Origin: Octopus sinensis
Taxonomy: Eukaryota
Direction of reading: 5' to 3'
Assembly (NCBI RefSeq): GCF_006345805.1
Contig: NC_043013.1
Coordinates: forward strand, 13,020,001 to 13,084,000
DNA: 64,000 nucleotides
In this document: piece after piece, positions 24,298 to 35,589 of the stretch
Layout of the letters: each line of letters opens with the position of its first letter
Position numbering within the stretch: position 1 is the stretch's first letter
Position numbers and translations under genes: made by a program
The notes under the pieces: generated by a model
What the model saw: only the letters and a program-made list of their open reading frames with translations
Told to the model about the DNA's origin: nothing
Databases searched by the model: none

Positions 24298-25012
24298 AGG
24301 ACCACCTAATCTTTGGATGTAAAGTCTTAGCACCAGTGGAGTATAAATTAGACATGACAGAGTTGGCCAATATCTCCACTGGCTAATAAGTCGGCATTAC
24401 AATATCAAAACTGCCGCGACAAGTGGTATAATCACCACCCTGAGGCTGTAACTGAAGGAGAAAATGTAACCATTCTGTGGGACTTTCCGTACATACAGAC
24501 CGAACCATCAAGGCCAATAAACCAGATATTGTTGTGAAAGACCAAAACAATAAAGTTTGCTTATTGATCGACATGAGCATCCCTGTGATCATAATATCTC
24601 AGCGAAAGAGTTTGACAAGCTCAGAAAATATAAAGACCTACTCATTGAAATTGAGAAAATGTGGCATCTCAAGGCGGTTACAATACCAGTGATCGTAGGA
24701 GCACTAGGAATGATCAAGAAGGGAACCGAAAATTATATGAGAATGATCCCTGGCTTACCATCCCTGCAAGAAGTGCAAAAGATTGTCTTAACTGGTACAT
24801 CACACGTATTGAGAAGAGCATTGTCGATGTGAGAACTGTTGCTGCTCATGTATTTTAATTTAACTTAAAAAAAAAATTTTTTTTAATAAAAATGAATGAA
24901 CTACTGAGTTTGGTTTAATGGCCTACCAATATACACTATGAGTTTCTTTGCCCTAGGAGTCGGGAAGACACTCGGCAAGAAATGGAAGAAAATTTGAAAG
25001 AGAAAAAAAAAA
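24298..25012 (+). mobile_element. R4/Dong-like 3' fragment with REL domain, between (TAA)n tracts
   Basis: TILWDF.VHTDRTIKANKPDIVVKD...LLIDMSIP...KLRKYKDLLIEIEKMW..KAVTIPVIVGALG. (TAA)n lies at both ends. Confidence 0.88.
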
Positions 25013-25028
25013 GTAATAATAATAATAA

Positions 25029-25183
25029 TGTATATATGTATGTATATATATATATATGTATGTATATATGTATGTATATATAATATATATAATGTATATA
25101 TATATATATATATTATATATGTAATGTATATATATATGTATGTATATATATAATGTATATATATGTATGTATGTATATATATA

Positions 25184-25217
<34 letters not shown>

Positions 25218-25219
25218 AT

Positions 25220-25253
<34 letters not shown>

Positions 25254-25348
25254 GTATATATATATGTATGTATATATTTATGTATATATATATATATAAT
25301 ATATGTATATTATGTATGTATGTATATATATATGTATGAATATATATG

Positions 25349-25383
<35 letters not shown>

Positions 25384-25402
25384 GTATATATATATATGTA
25401 TG

Positions 25403-25450
<48 letters not shown>

Positions 25451-25506
25451 GTATATATATATATGTATGTATATATATATATATGTATGTTATATATATA
25501 TGTATG

Positions 25507-25543
<37 letters not shown>

Positions 25544-25601
25544 GTATGTATGTATATATATATATGTATTGTATATATATCTATATATGTATATATATAT
25601 G

Positions 25602-25633
<32 letters not shown>

Positions 25634-25881
25634 AATGTATGTATATATATATGTATGTATATATATATGTATGTTATATATATGTATGTATATATGTATA
25701 TATATATATGTATGTATATATATAAATGTATGTATATATATATGTATGTATATATATATGTATGTATATATATATGTATATATATATATGTATATATATA
25801 TATGTATATATATATATATGTATGTATATATATATGTATATATATATGTATGTATATATATATGTATATATATATATGTAT

Positions 25882-25919
<38 letters not shown>

Positions 25920-25997
25920 GTGTATGTATGTATATGTATGTATATTATATATGTATGTATATGTATGTATATATATATATATGTATATATATGTATG

Positions 25998-26030
<33 letters not shown>

Positions 26031-26041
26031 GTGTATGTATG

Positions 26042-26072
<31 letters not shown>

Positions 26073-26127
26073 GTGTATGTATGTATATATACATATATAT
26101 ATGTATATATGTATATATATATGTATG

Positions 26128-26158
<31 letters not shown>

Positions 26159-26205
26159 GTATGTATATATACATATATGTATATATATATATATATATAT
26201 ATACT
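25029..26205. repeat. ~1.2-kb compound (TA)n/(TATG)n microsatellite
   Basis: Visible directly. Source of the long YIYI-type pseudo-ORFs. Confidence 0.97.
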
Positions 26206-28084
26206 CTACTCCAGTCAGGTTTGCATTGTTGATGCCTATGTTATCTTCGGAGAATATAGATGCTTTTGTCACAAGAACTAATGCCCTAGTGTAGCGAGGA
26301 AGCGTTCATAAGTGAATAGTATTTGTGCAAGACACCTGCAATCATGGGTGAATTGAGAAATATAAGAAGTTAGTTCCTGTTTAGATTGCACAATCCTTGC
26401 AAAAGTTCTACAAATTTCATGTAAAATATTGTATCAAAATATGTCCGTTTTTCAATTGGGAAATGTACAGCTAAATATACACGCTTAAATAACTTACATT
26501 AAATGATATTTATACGTTCATCATAATTTTTAAAAAAAACTTTCTATAACTTATAAAACTATTTAATGTCTTTACCGTTTTTTCTTCTTTGAATTTTAGT
26601 CTCTTGGGAGTCTTTTGATGATTTCAGGATGTGAACTTTATAATTCATGTATACATATATAAATTGTGTTTCATATTGCATCTGAGGATACTATTTTCCT
26701 AAAGATTTTATTTAATTAGGCCTAAATTAGTAAGATATTAAAAGGATCTGCATTGATATCATAAACACTGGACTTCATAAAAATAAAATAGTTGTAAATA
26801 CGATTTCAGATCTTTATTTGAATTCCATTATGCTAACCATATTGACATCTCTAAAACTAAATTGAAAATAAAACTGTTTATCTTTTTCTGTCAATGGATT
26901 TTTCTGTGTCTATATCCGTTGTAGTTGTTAGACTTTTAGATGTGGTTATTCTTTGTCTCTTGCTTACTACTGTTACTTATATACCTCCTCCTTCAAACAT
27001 ATATTTTACTAAAAACTTGTTTTCTATACCTAGAAATACTAACCCAAACGTTTCTTTCAACAATTAACATTGTTTTTCCTCTTTTCTCTAGCCTCAAAAA
27101 CCAGAAACACTAATCCAAACGTCTTTGACAACGACATTATTTTCGGATATGTAAGTAGACAGACATTTCCAGATAACTTTTCTTCAACATATTGAAAGAC
27201 CCACTAAACACCTACATCTCTCGATAACTGATTCTTAAAGAAATTAAAATATTGATTTTTATCCTGAGGTATTTGGACAATTTCAGCAATAATGAAATAT
27301 TCAGTAAACTGCATCAAAACCAAAATATCACTGGTATTTATATAAAATAAAAGTGATGGAGTGAAGTAGGTTCAATGTTGAAGGGATGAACGCCTATAGA
27401 GGAGGGTTAAAAAGCAATATCTGGCAAGCATTTAATACAGCACCTTAAGTTCAGCAAAAATGACAAGCATAAGACAATTAGGGTTTTGATAATTTTGATC
27501 AATTTAAATTATTACAAATTAAAATACTATAACCATCTTGTTATTATATGCACACGTACATCCACACATTAACTATATATTAAAGCTTCATCCAAATGAA
27601 ATTTTGTATTACTTTCTTTCTCTGAAGAATTTCTAATAGGAGAATTCTTACATATTCCTGTTCCCTGTTTATCTTGGCGACTCGTATTAGGAAATTAAAT
27701 ATATGTAAATAGTAATAAATTATACAAAATATTTTTCCTGTGTACTGTGTGCCCCACGTTATCTCTCCAAGCGTTGTGTTTTCCACATGTACCGTTAATA
27801 TCTTATGCCTAATATTATCAATAAAGTCGAAGTGAAAACCAAATATATAGTAGGAGTGGTTAACTGGAAATATATGACCAAATGTAACAAGAGTTGTTTC
27901 ATCAATGTCCAATGTGAAATTTGGCATAATTTCTACAGTTGGCTTCCTTTCCTAATCCTAACCACTTTACAGAGTGTACTGGGGACCTTTTTGCATGCCA
28001 CCATCAATACTGAAGCTTCCATGCAGCTGCTAAGAATATGGGTAGGTTTTAAGTTGGGGAATGAAGAGATACAGTAAGGAAAAG

Positions 28085-28390
28085 TGGGTTGCAGAGAAGG
28101 TTCTTCTTTTCGTGTTTTAGCTGTTTATCTTTAGAGGTTTGGGCGAGAATAATGAAGAGCTGAAAAGGTATAGATTGTAATGCTCAGGTGTCTAGGTGGC
28201 GCTTCAACGTGAATAGAAGTGGGTAGGAACAAGGAAATAGGTGTGTGGATTGGTGGGGTTGTAAAAAGGATTTGGTTAGCAAAAGATGGAGAAATGGGAA
28301 ACGGAAAGGGAGGCAAGGACCAACTGTAAATATTGGATAAGATGGGGTTGAACAAATGAGCCAAGACCAAAGAGAAGTGCACTTTCAAAA
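28085..28390 (-). mobile_element. Very decayed CR1/L2-type RT fragment
   Basis: VLAHLFNPILS...TPISLFLPT, resembling 'L..LFN..L...RPISL'. Confidence 0.45.
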
Positions 28391-28497
28391 AAGAAAGAGA
28401 TCAACAGAATCGGGAACACATGAGTCAAACGCAAAGACAGCTGCACTTCGTGAGGGGATTTGGTAGACGGAAACTGAAAGAAACCCGTTATGTATAA

Positions 28498-28528
<31 letters not shown>

Positions 28529-28556
28529 ATAATATATATATATATAATATATATAT

Positions 28557-28586
<30 letters not shown>

Positions 28587-28587
<1 letters not shown>

Positions 28588-28805
28588 ATTTGTGTCTGTA
28601 TTTGTGCCCCTCACTACCATCGCTTGACAACCGATGCTGGTATATTTGCGTCCCCGTAACCTACCCTGTTCGGCAGAAGAGTTTGCTAGAATAAGCACCA
28701 GGCTTACAAGAAATAAGTCCAGAAGTCGATTTCTTCGACTAAAGTGCGATATTCCAGCATCGTCACAGTCAAATAACTGAAACAAGTAAAAGAGTAAAAG
28801 AATAG
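28587..28805 (+). mobile_element. SINE 3' portion with AAAAGAGT-type tail
   Basis: CGCTTGACAACCGATGCTGG...AATAAG.ACCAGG...GTCGATTT..CGACTAAAG...CAGTCAAATAACTGAAACAAGTAAAAGAGTAAAAGAATA. Confidence 0.7.
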
Positions 28806-28955
28806 CAGAAGTAGGTTCCGTTCCACTAAACCAAGAAGGTTCTTTGAATATGTGCGATGTATTTTATGGCTAACTAGTAATACTGCTTACGTATGCGTAA
28901 CTGAGATATTTGGGTTGGATTATATAGTTATTGCTTTTTTTTCAATTTATTCTAA

Positions 28956-29180
28956 GGCGGTTAGCTGACAGATTCGTTAACAGACTGGACAAAATGCTTA
29001 GCGGTACTTCCCCCCGTCACTACGTTCTGAGTTCAAATTCTGCCATGGTCGACTTTGTCGTTCATCCTTTCGGGGTCGATGCAATAAGTACCAGTTCCGT
29101 ACATGCGTTGATGTAATCGTGTTATCGCGTCTCCCCAAATTTCAAGCCCTGTGCCCAGGGTAGCAAGGGTTATATAATTA
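28956..29180 (+). mobile_element. SINE with the same head/core as 12747 but a different tail
   Basis: Aligns with the 12747 copy up to about AATCG..TTA, then continues CCCCAAATTTCAAGCCCTGTGCC. Confidence 0.8.
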
Positions 29181-29350
29181 CTGATTTTACACCACTTTCT
29201 ATATTCTGTAATTGTCACAATACAGAAACATTTCTCATAGCACACGCACACAATTTACAGATGCTTACATTTTTATTTTCCGTGACATTTTAACGAGTCC
29301 AGTTATTTATTATTATTATTATTATTATTATTGATTGATTGATTGATTGA

Positions 29351-29812
29351 TTGAAAGAACCGCGCATGCAATCAAAATGACAGTGGAATGAAATATATGA
29401 AGCCTAGTATAACCATCATGACTACCCTTCTGATAAGGGTACACCTAGCACATGCAACACAGCCACCCAGTTTAAGTAGATCACTCCGCTCAAGAGGTTC
29501 CTGAATAAGGCTTGTTTTAAGGATGATGAACGAAGCATCCATATCTCCAGACGTGAATTATTCAAAACCCGCAAAGAATTCCTCTCAACACATGGCTATG
29601 ATACTCCCTCACTACTTCTGCACAAATCGACAGCCACTAAAGGACATGCTCAACTGATTAAAGTCAAACATCTGACAAGTAAATCTGTGATATTAAGCAG
29701 AATATTTGCTGTAGCACATCTTTTATACCAAAACAAATCAATGTAAATGATAGCATTTCCAATCAGTTAAGATCAGAAGACATGAGAGCCAGTGTCTGGT
29801 AATGCATCAGGA
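29351..29812. mobile_element. Unclassified ~550-bp non-coding interspersed element, copy A (internally deleted)
   Basis: Homologous to 30262-30807 and flanked by (ATT)n/(GATT)n. Confidence 0.75.
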
Positions 29813-29879
<67 letters not shown>

Positions 29880-30100
29880 TACTTGTAATCTGCATGTTTG
29901 TTACAATCACTAGCTGAGCCACACCTAGCGTCATAGGGCGAGTGAAGGATAAGAGATGTAACAGTATAACTGAAAGCTGGTGGATGCGAAAAATACTAAA
30001 TAGAAACTTCAATCGATAAGGTTCTTCTTCTTCTTCTTCTTCTTCTTCTTCTTCTTCTTCTTCTTCTTCTTCTTCTTCTTCTTCTTCTTCTCATTATTAA

Positions 30101-30149
<49 letters not shown>

Positions 30150-30186
30150 GTTGTTGTTGTTGTTGTTGTTGATGATGTTGTTATTA

Positions 30187-30261
<75 letters not shown>

Positions 30262-30263
<2 letters not shown>

Positions 30264-30807
30264 GAGTGAGAGAGCAGTGCATGCTTTCATAGTGAAACCG
30301 GGGCAAAATATAGGAAGCTCAGTATACCCATCATGACTAACCTTCTAATGAGGTTACACCAAGCACATACATTACACACATATGTGCGCAGCATGGTGAC
30401 GTCATATCAAGATAAATACCACATAACCATGCGGGTGGAATTTTCTTCAGGTCGAGTAGCCCACCTCGCTCAAAAGGTTCCTGAATAAGGTGGGGCCCAG
30501 TTAGATGAACGAAGTACCCGTGTCTCTAGAGGTGAATTAATTAAACCCCAAAGAATTCCTCTCAACACATAACTATGATGGTCCCCACTACTGCTACCCG
30601 TGATCAGAGATGCAAATATTGTCAGCCATTAAGAGACATGCTCAATTGGTTATGGTCAAACAACTGACAAGCAAATCTGTGATATTGAGCAGAAAATTTG
30701 CTGTTGCCCATCTTTTATACCAAAACCAAATCAATGTATATGATAACACTTCCAATCAGACAAGATGAGAAGCCACGAGGGACAGTTTCTGGTACGGCAT
30801 CAGGGCA
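30262..30807. mobile_element. Unclassified ~550-bp non-coding interspersed element, copy B (most complete)
   Basis: TTGAGTGAGAGAGCAGTGCA ... GGCATCAGGGCA, with (ATT)n on both sides. Confidence 0.8.
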
Positions 30808-30823
30808 TTTATTATTATTATAA

Positions 30824-31078
30824 TTGAGTGAGAGGGCAGTGCACGCCATCAAAGTGACACTGGGGTAAAACATACGATGCCCAGTATACCAATCGTGACT
30901 AAGCGCTTGATAAGAGTACACCAGGCACATGCATCACAAGCATAAGTGCGCGACATGGTGACGTCATATCAAAATAAACAGCGCATGGCCTTGCAGGTGG
31001 GGCCCAGTTAGAATTTTCTTCGGGTCGAGCAGCGCATCCCACTCCAATGGTCCCGGAATATGGGTCCTTTAAGGATGT
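30824..31078. mobile_element. Same element, copy C (truncated at the junction with the Gypsy relic)
   Basis: Aligns to the first ~250 bp of copy B. Confidence 0.78.
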
Positions 31079-31084
31079 ATTTTT

Positions 31085-33765
31085 GCAGCTAGGGCACAGC
31101 CTCTGCATGATTTTACTAGTTCTTCAATGTCACGGTCCATTGTTGACCAATATGCGTAACTTTTCATTAATGATTTCATTCCCGAAATCCCTGGGTAACT
31201 AATGTGAAATTACTTTAGTAATCGCTTCTGCAGTGCGGCTCTTTGTGCATACATGAACACATTGTCGTCTTCCGCTTTTACTTTTTATGTCTTGCAATGT
31301 AACTGGCAATTCACGTATGACGTTACACAAAACAAATCAGATGTTAATGTTTTTTTCTTAATTTCATCGAACACCTGACCATTTCAGATCAATTCCAATT
31401 TATATCTTATTTTAGTAGATTGTTTAGTGGAATTCTTACCTTGTGCATATTTGGTATATAATTTTGATAATAATTTTCAACTTCCAAAAAAGCTTGTAAG
31501 ATCGATATGTTTAATGGATGGCGCATATTTTTAACTGCATCTGCCCTCAATACATCTAGTCGACGTCCATTTGTCGATGATTTGCTCTAGAGATTTTATT
31601 TTCGGTAAGAATTCACACTTCTCCTCACTCAAATTGAAGCTGTAATCCTTTATTCTTTCGAACACATATTTCACTTGCCCTACATGCTGGTCCTGGGATT
31701 CGCTTTTAATGAGTATGTCATCCATGTAGGCTATTGCGAAATCCGCAACTGCGAGCATAGTGTCCATGACTCGTTGGAAAATACCTGGTGCTGCCTTTAC
31801 ACCAAAATGAAGTCTGTTAAATTTATATACTCCTCTCTGTGCATTTATTGTTAATCATTTTTAACATTCCTCCTCAAGTTGTACCTGTAGGTGTGCTTCA
31901 GATACGTTCAACTTTGAAAAAAAATTCCGCCATTTAACTTGGCGAATATTTTTTCCGGACTTGATAGTGGGTAATTATGTGTCATCAAATACTCGTTTAA
32001 ACCTGTTAGAAAAATCAGCACATACCTGGATTTTATTGCTTTTCCTTGACGTAAACTGTTGGTGATGCCCATTCAGCATAAACAATTTTTCCGTAACCCC
32101 AAGCTTTTTACGTCTATCAAATTCTTCATTTATTTGTTTCAACGCTGCGAAAGGCGGAGTTCGTTTTGGTTTAGATACCGTTATAGCATTTCCTTGTAGT
32201 TGAAACTTCGCGTTTGTTTTTGGTGCACAAATCTAATTCATCAGAAAAAAACTTCAGGAAAAATCTTTTAAATTTTATTTTTCATCCGTCCGACGCCTTA
32301 TTTGTACTGGCAGAAAAGCAATTCATATTTTTACAGAAACAATTTATGGAGAGATCCCATAAGTTAAATAATTCCATCCAGTCTGTTCGGAATAAATTTT
32401 CCGTATTATTCAACACAAAAACTTTGGCTTTTAAAGTTTTTTCACGAAATGTAATCTCGCCCTTAAAATGTAATTTTTTTCCTGAAGCATCATGGTGCAA
32501 TTTTCGACTTTCTTTTAAACTTAGACCCCCGATTTTTTTTCCATGTATCTGCGTTAATTATAGAGATATCACTTTCCATATCTGATTGTAGTTTGGTATC
32601 AACATCATTCATTTTTATGAATACAAATTTTCTTATTTGATTACTATTGACAATACAGATTTCCCAGAATTTTTTTCTTTCGAGCTTTTTTTTTCTGTTA
32701 CTCTCTATAGTGTGAGCTTTTTATGCCCATTTTTACTACTCTTAAAACGTTTTTTTTTAAACGGACAGTTATTTTTAAAATGCAGACCACCCCACTCATA
32801 ACATGGATTCAGTCTTCACATATTTTTCTTTTTTACTACTCGTTACAGGTCGACACACATGATTATGAGAGCAATCTTTTTCTTCAATTTTACCTGTGTT
32901 ATATCTTAAATTCATAACCCTTTGGCATGCTTCTGCCACTACCTGGAGAATTAATTTTTGGTCCTGTTCTACTTTCGTTAATATCTGGGAACGTATATCT
33001 GCATCTTTGCTTGCAGTTAGTCTTTGAACAAAAATTAGACATTTGAACATGTCCAAAGTTAATTCCTTTAATTTGAATTTTTCACAATCTGTTAACAATC
33101 CCAGGGAGTATTGAACAGGGAACTTGTTTCACTGATAAGTTTCGATAAATAATTGTTTCATCGAAACAAATCTCACTTGGTTTCTTGGGCATAATATAGT
33201 TACTATAATTTTCATGTTTGGCAGGCAATAACTTTCTTAAAAGTAGTCGTACTTTTTCTCGTCAGAACAACTTTTACATTCTTCTTTGAAACTTTCTACG
33301 TATCTTCAAAAACATGCAGAGAACGTAGTTCCTTTTTTCTTGATTAAAACTGAACTCTCCAATGGCGTTTGCTACACTGTCTGGCGAGTATAAACCTGAA
33401 GTATTTTCAGACTGCTTCCATATTAACTCCAGCAAATGCTGGTTTTGTTGTTGTTGTTATAATCGCTATTGCAGCTGTTGTTGCTGGTGCAACTACACCA
33501 CCCAGGTCAATAAGTCCTCCATGTTAACGATTTTTTTTCTCTGGTTCCATACCGAAACATTTTAACCCAAGCTTCGAATATCTCGTCACCACTTTTAAAT
33601 CCTGGTGCTGGATAAAACAATTTAACGAATTTGGGTAGAGGGGAGAAAGTATTTACGCGATACACTACTGTTACTGCTGCATGAGGCTAATTCCCCTCTA
33701 TAAACTGCTCACAGTCAATTGCTGCTGTCAACTCGACAGTTGTTGATTTTAAAGAAATGTGTCAG
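31085..33765 (-). mobile_element. Decayed, internally deleted Gypsy LTR retrotransposon
   Basis: PBS-like TGGTGACGAG (33591-33582). gag LTLDMFKCLIFVQ.L...DADIR. RT FGVKAAPGIFQRVMDTM...AYMDDILI...KCEF. Integrase zinc-binding region H..YPGISGMKSLMKSYAYW..MDRDIEELVKSCRGC. Confidence 0.85.
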
Positions 33766-34884
33766 TGCACTTTTAGTCACTTGAGGTGGTCAGAATCCTT
33801 CCATATCACTTATATTCCCCATTCTCAGTTAAAAGATAAAGAGTGAATCATTCGATTCTAGACTCATCATGACAAATTCACTTTACTAATCTGGAATTTT
33901 CTCATTTATTCAATTTGCAGATTCTCAAACAAACCTACCGTAGAAGGTTTTACCAACAAAAGTAAAGTAAGTCTTTTTAAATTTTAAAATACTTTTCTTT
34001 TGTTCTATTTGCCTGAATTGTGATGAATGGTTTGTTGAAATTTTCGTCAATGGATATGTATAAAAAGAATACTGTATATCCTTTTTGTGAATATTTTTAT
34101 ATATTTTCTCACATTGGTGCAATCTTTTATACTGGAGGACCAAACTATTATTCTTCATTCTGGTAGAGCCAGCAACTATTTTTCCAATAAGTAGAGTTGT
34201 CTACTTTATCTCTTACTGGTAGTTCCAGAAACTATATTCCATATATTTAGAGAAGCCTTCTATTTTTTTGTATTATTATGGCCAATGTAGTAGTCTTCAT
34301 TTTAGTATGGCGGGACACTAGAAAGGTCATCATGTAGCTCGAACGACTATGCATCCCGAGGTAGGACAATTTTATGCAGAATTGGGAGTAGAAAGCAGTA
34401 AAGTATGAGCGAAAAGGGTTTGAGCAAAACAAGTTCGTTGTTACACAGGAGAGAGATGAACGAGTGGAGAAGGAAAATGATGGACGATAGGAGTTACGAG
34501 GTGCCAAAAAGGACATTGAAGCTAAAAGATTGGTAGAAATGCGTGGGGAGCAGGAGATATCTTATAATACAGAACAACAGGAAAAACAAAGATGGCACAG
34601 TAAAAGAGACAAGAGAGATGACATGCTGTTGAGTAGGCTGAGGAATGAGCGGCGAAGAGAAAGGAGAGGGTGACAGGTGTAGTGGTGGCGGCGGCGGCGA
34701 GATAATTTGATGGCATAGTGGGGTGAGTGGGAGTGATGAATGAAAGTGTGGGTGGAAAGAACAATATTAAATGATGAAGGATGGATAAATAGTAAATTTA
34801 TTCTGGATAGAAAGAAAAGTGGTATCAAGTAAGAACTGGTGTTAGGGAGTTGATGGAGGTGGTGGATGCCTTGAAGAGAATTGA

Positions 34885-35290
34885 AGAATATGGAAGTTGG
34901 TGCATCAGGAACAGATAGACATTTTCCACGTGGAACCTGGCGCATACCTAATGGAATATTTCGATATTCATGGGACTCTTTTTTGAAACGCCCTTTTTCA
35001 CTGGAAGTACCATGCAGAAATAACAATTGCCTGTATTGTCTGTTGGCTCCCGCCACGTCATTCGTACGATAAAAGATATTCCTTTCCTTTTCCTGTTCAA
35101 CCATTGGTGAAGGCTAGTAGCACAAGTGTTGCAACACATGTGAGGAGCCCACTTCTTATCCTGGTCGCCAATCTTGCATCCAAAACATAGGTAATATACC
35201 TTTCTAACCAGAGCAGTAATACGGCGCTTCTGAAATAAAATTCTCTTATCATCATGTGGCTCTGTTTCTATCCGGAAGATTTGATTCATT
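34885..35290 (-). mobile_element. DNA transposase N-terminal fragment, Chapaev3-like (CMC group)
   Basis: RRITALVRKVYYLCFGCKIGDQDKKWAPHMCCNTC...LHQWLN...WREP.D....CYFCMV...Y.NIP...RQVP. The transposase origin is clear; the superfamily label is from memory. Confidence 0.65.
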
Positions 35291-35548
35291 CCAATCCCAT
35301 GTCAAAACCAGTGTACCATGCTAAAAACTATAAATCAGTAAAAAACAAATTCATGTGTACTTGTGTTAATATGGACTGGATTATCTCTTCCAGATAATTG
35401 TAGTTATACTTATTTATTATATTATTTCTGTTCAGTTATGTCTTCTCTGTATAATTTGTTATAGAATTTTAAACTCTGTGTTATTAATGTCAGATGCTGA
35501 AATCTCATCATTCCTGCAAACATTCATATTATTTTCTTTTATTTTCAG

Positions 35549-35589
35549 AAATCTGATAAGAAATGGATAGAGGAAAACATTAAACTAAG
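35549..35589 (+). CDS. TRPM: TRPM-family channel, exon A (first exon confidently seen; KSDKKWIEENIKLR)
   Basis: Acceptor ttattttcag, donor gtaatt. The peptide resembles the TRPM N-terminal 'KSWIE..F.KR' motif. Phase 0 to 2, compatible with exon B. Confidence 0.7.

Noticed and set aside
24901-26294. Long ORFs of YIYI/MYVC type (also at 48-753, 13848-14354, 49558-49959)
   Set aside because: They are translations of TA/TATG/TG microsatellites, not genes.
27580-27927. 115-aa minus-strand ORF as an antisense gene
   Set aside because: No recognisable domain and no convincing splice signals. The length is within chance expectation.
30430-30810. Type II hammerhead or HDV-like ribozyme in the (ATT)n-flanked element
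   Set aside because: CTGAAGA, a GAAAC-like position and TGGGCAACA are present on the minus strand, but I could not build the required stems (no valid P3/L3/P1.1 or stem II).
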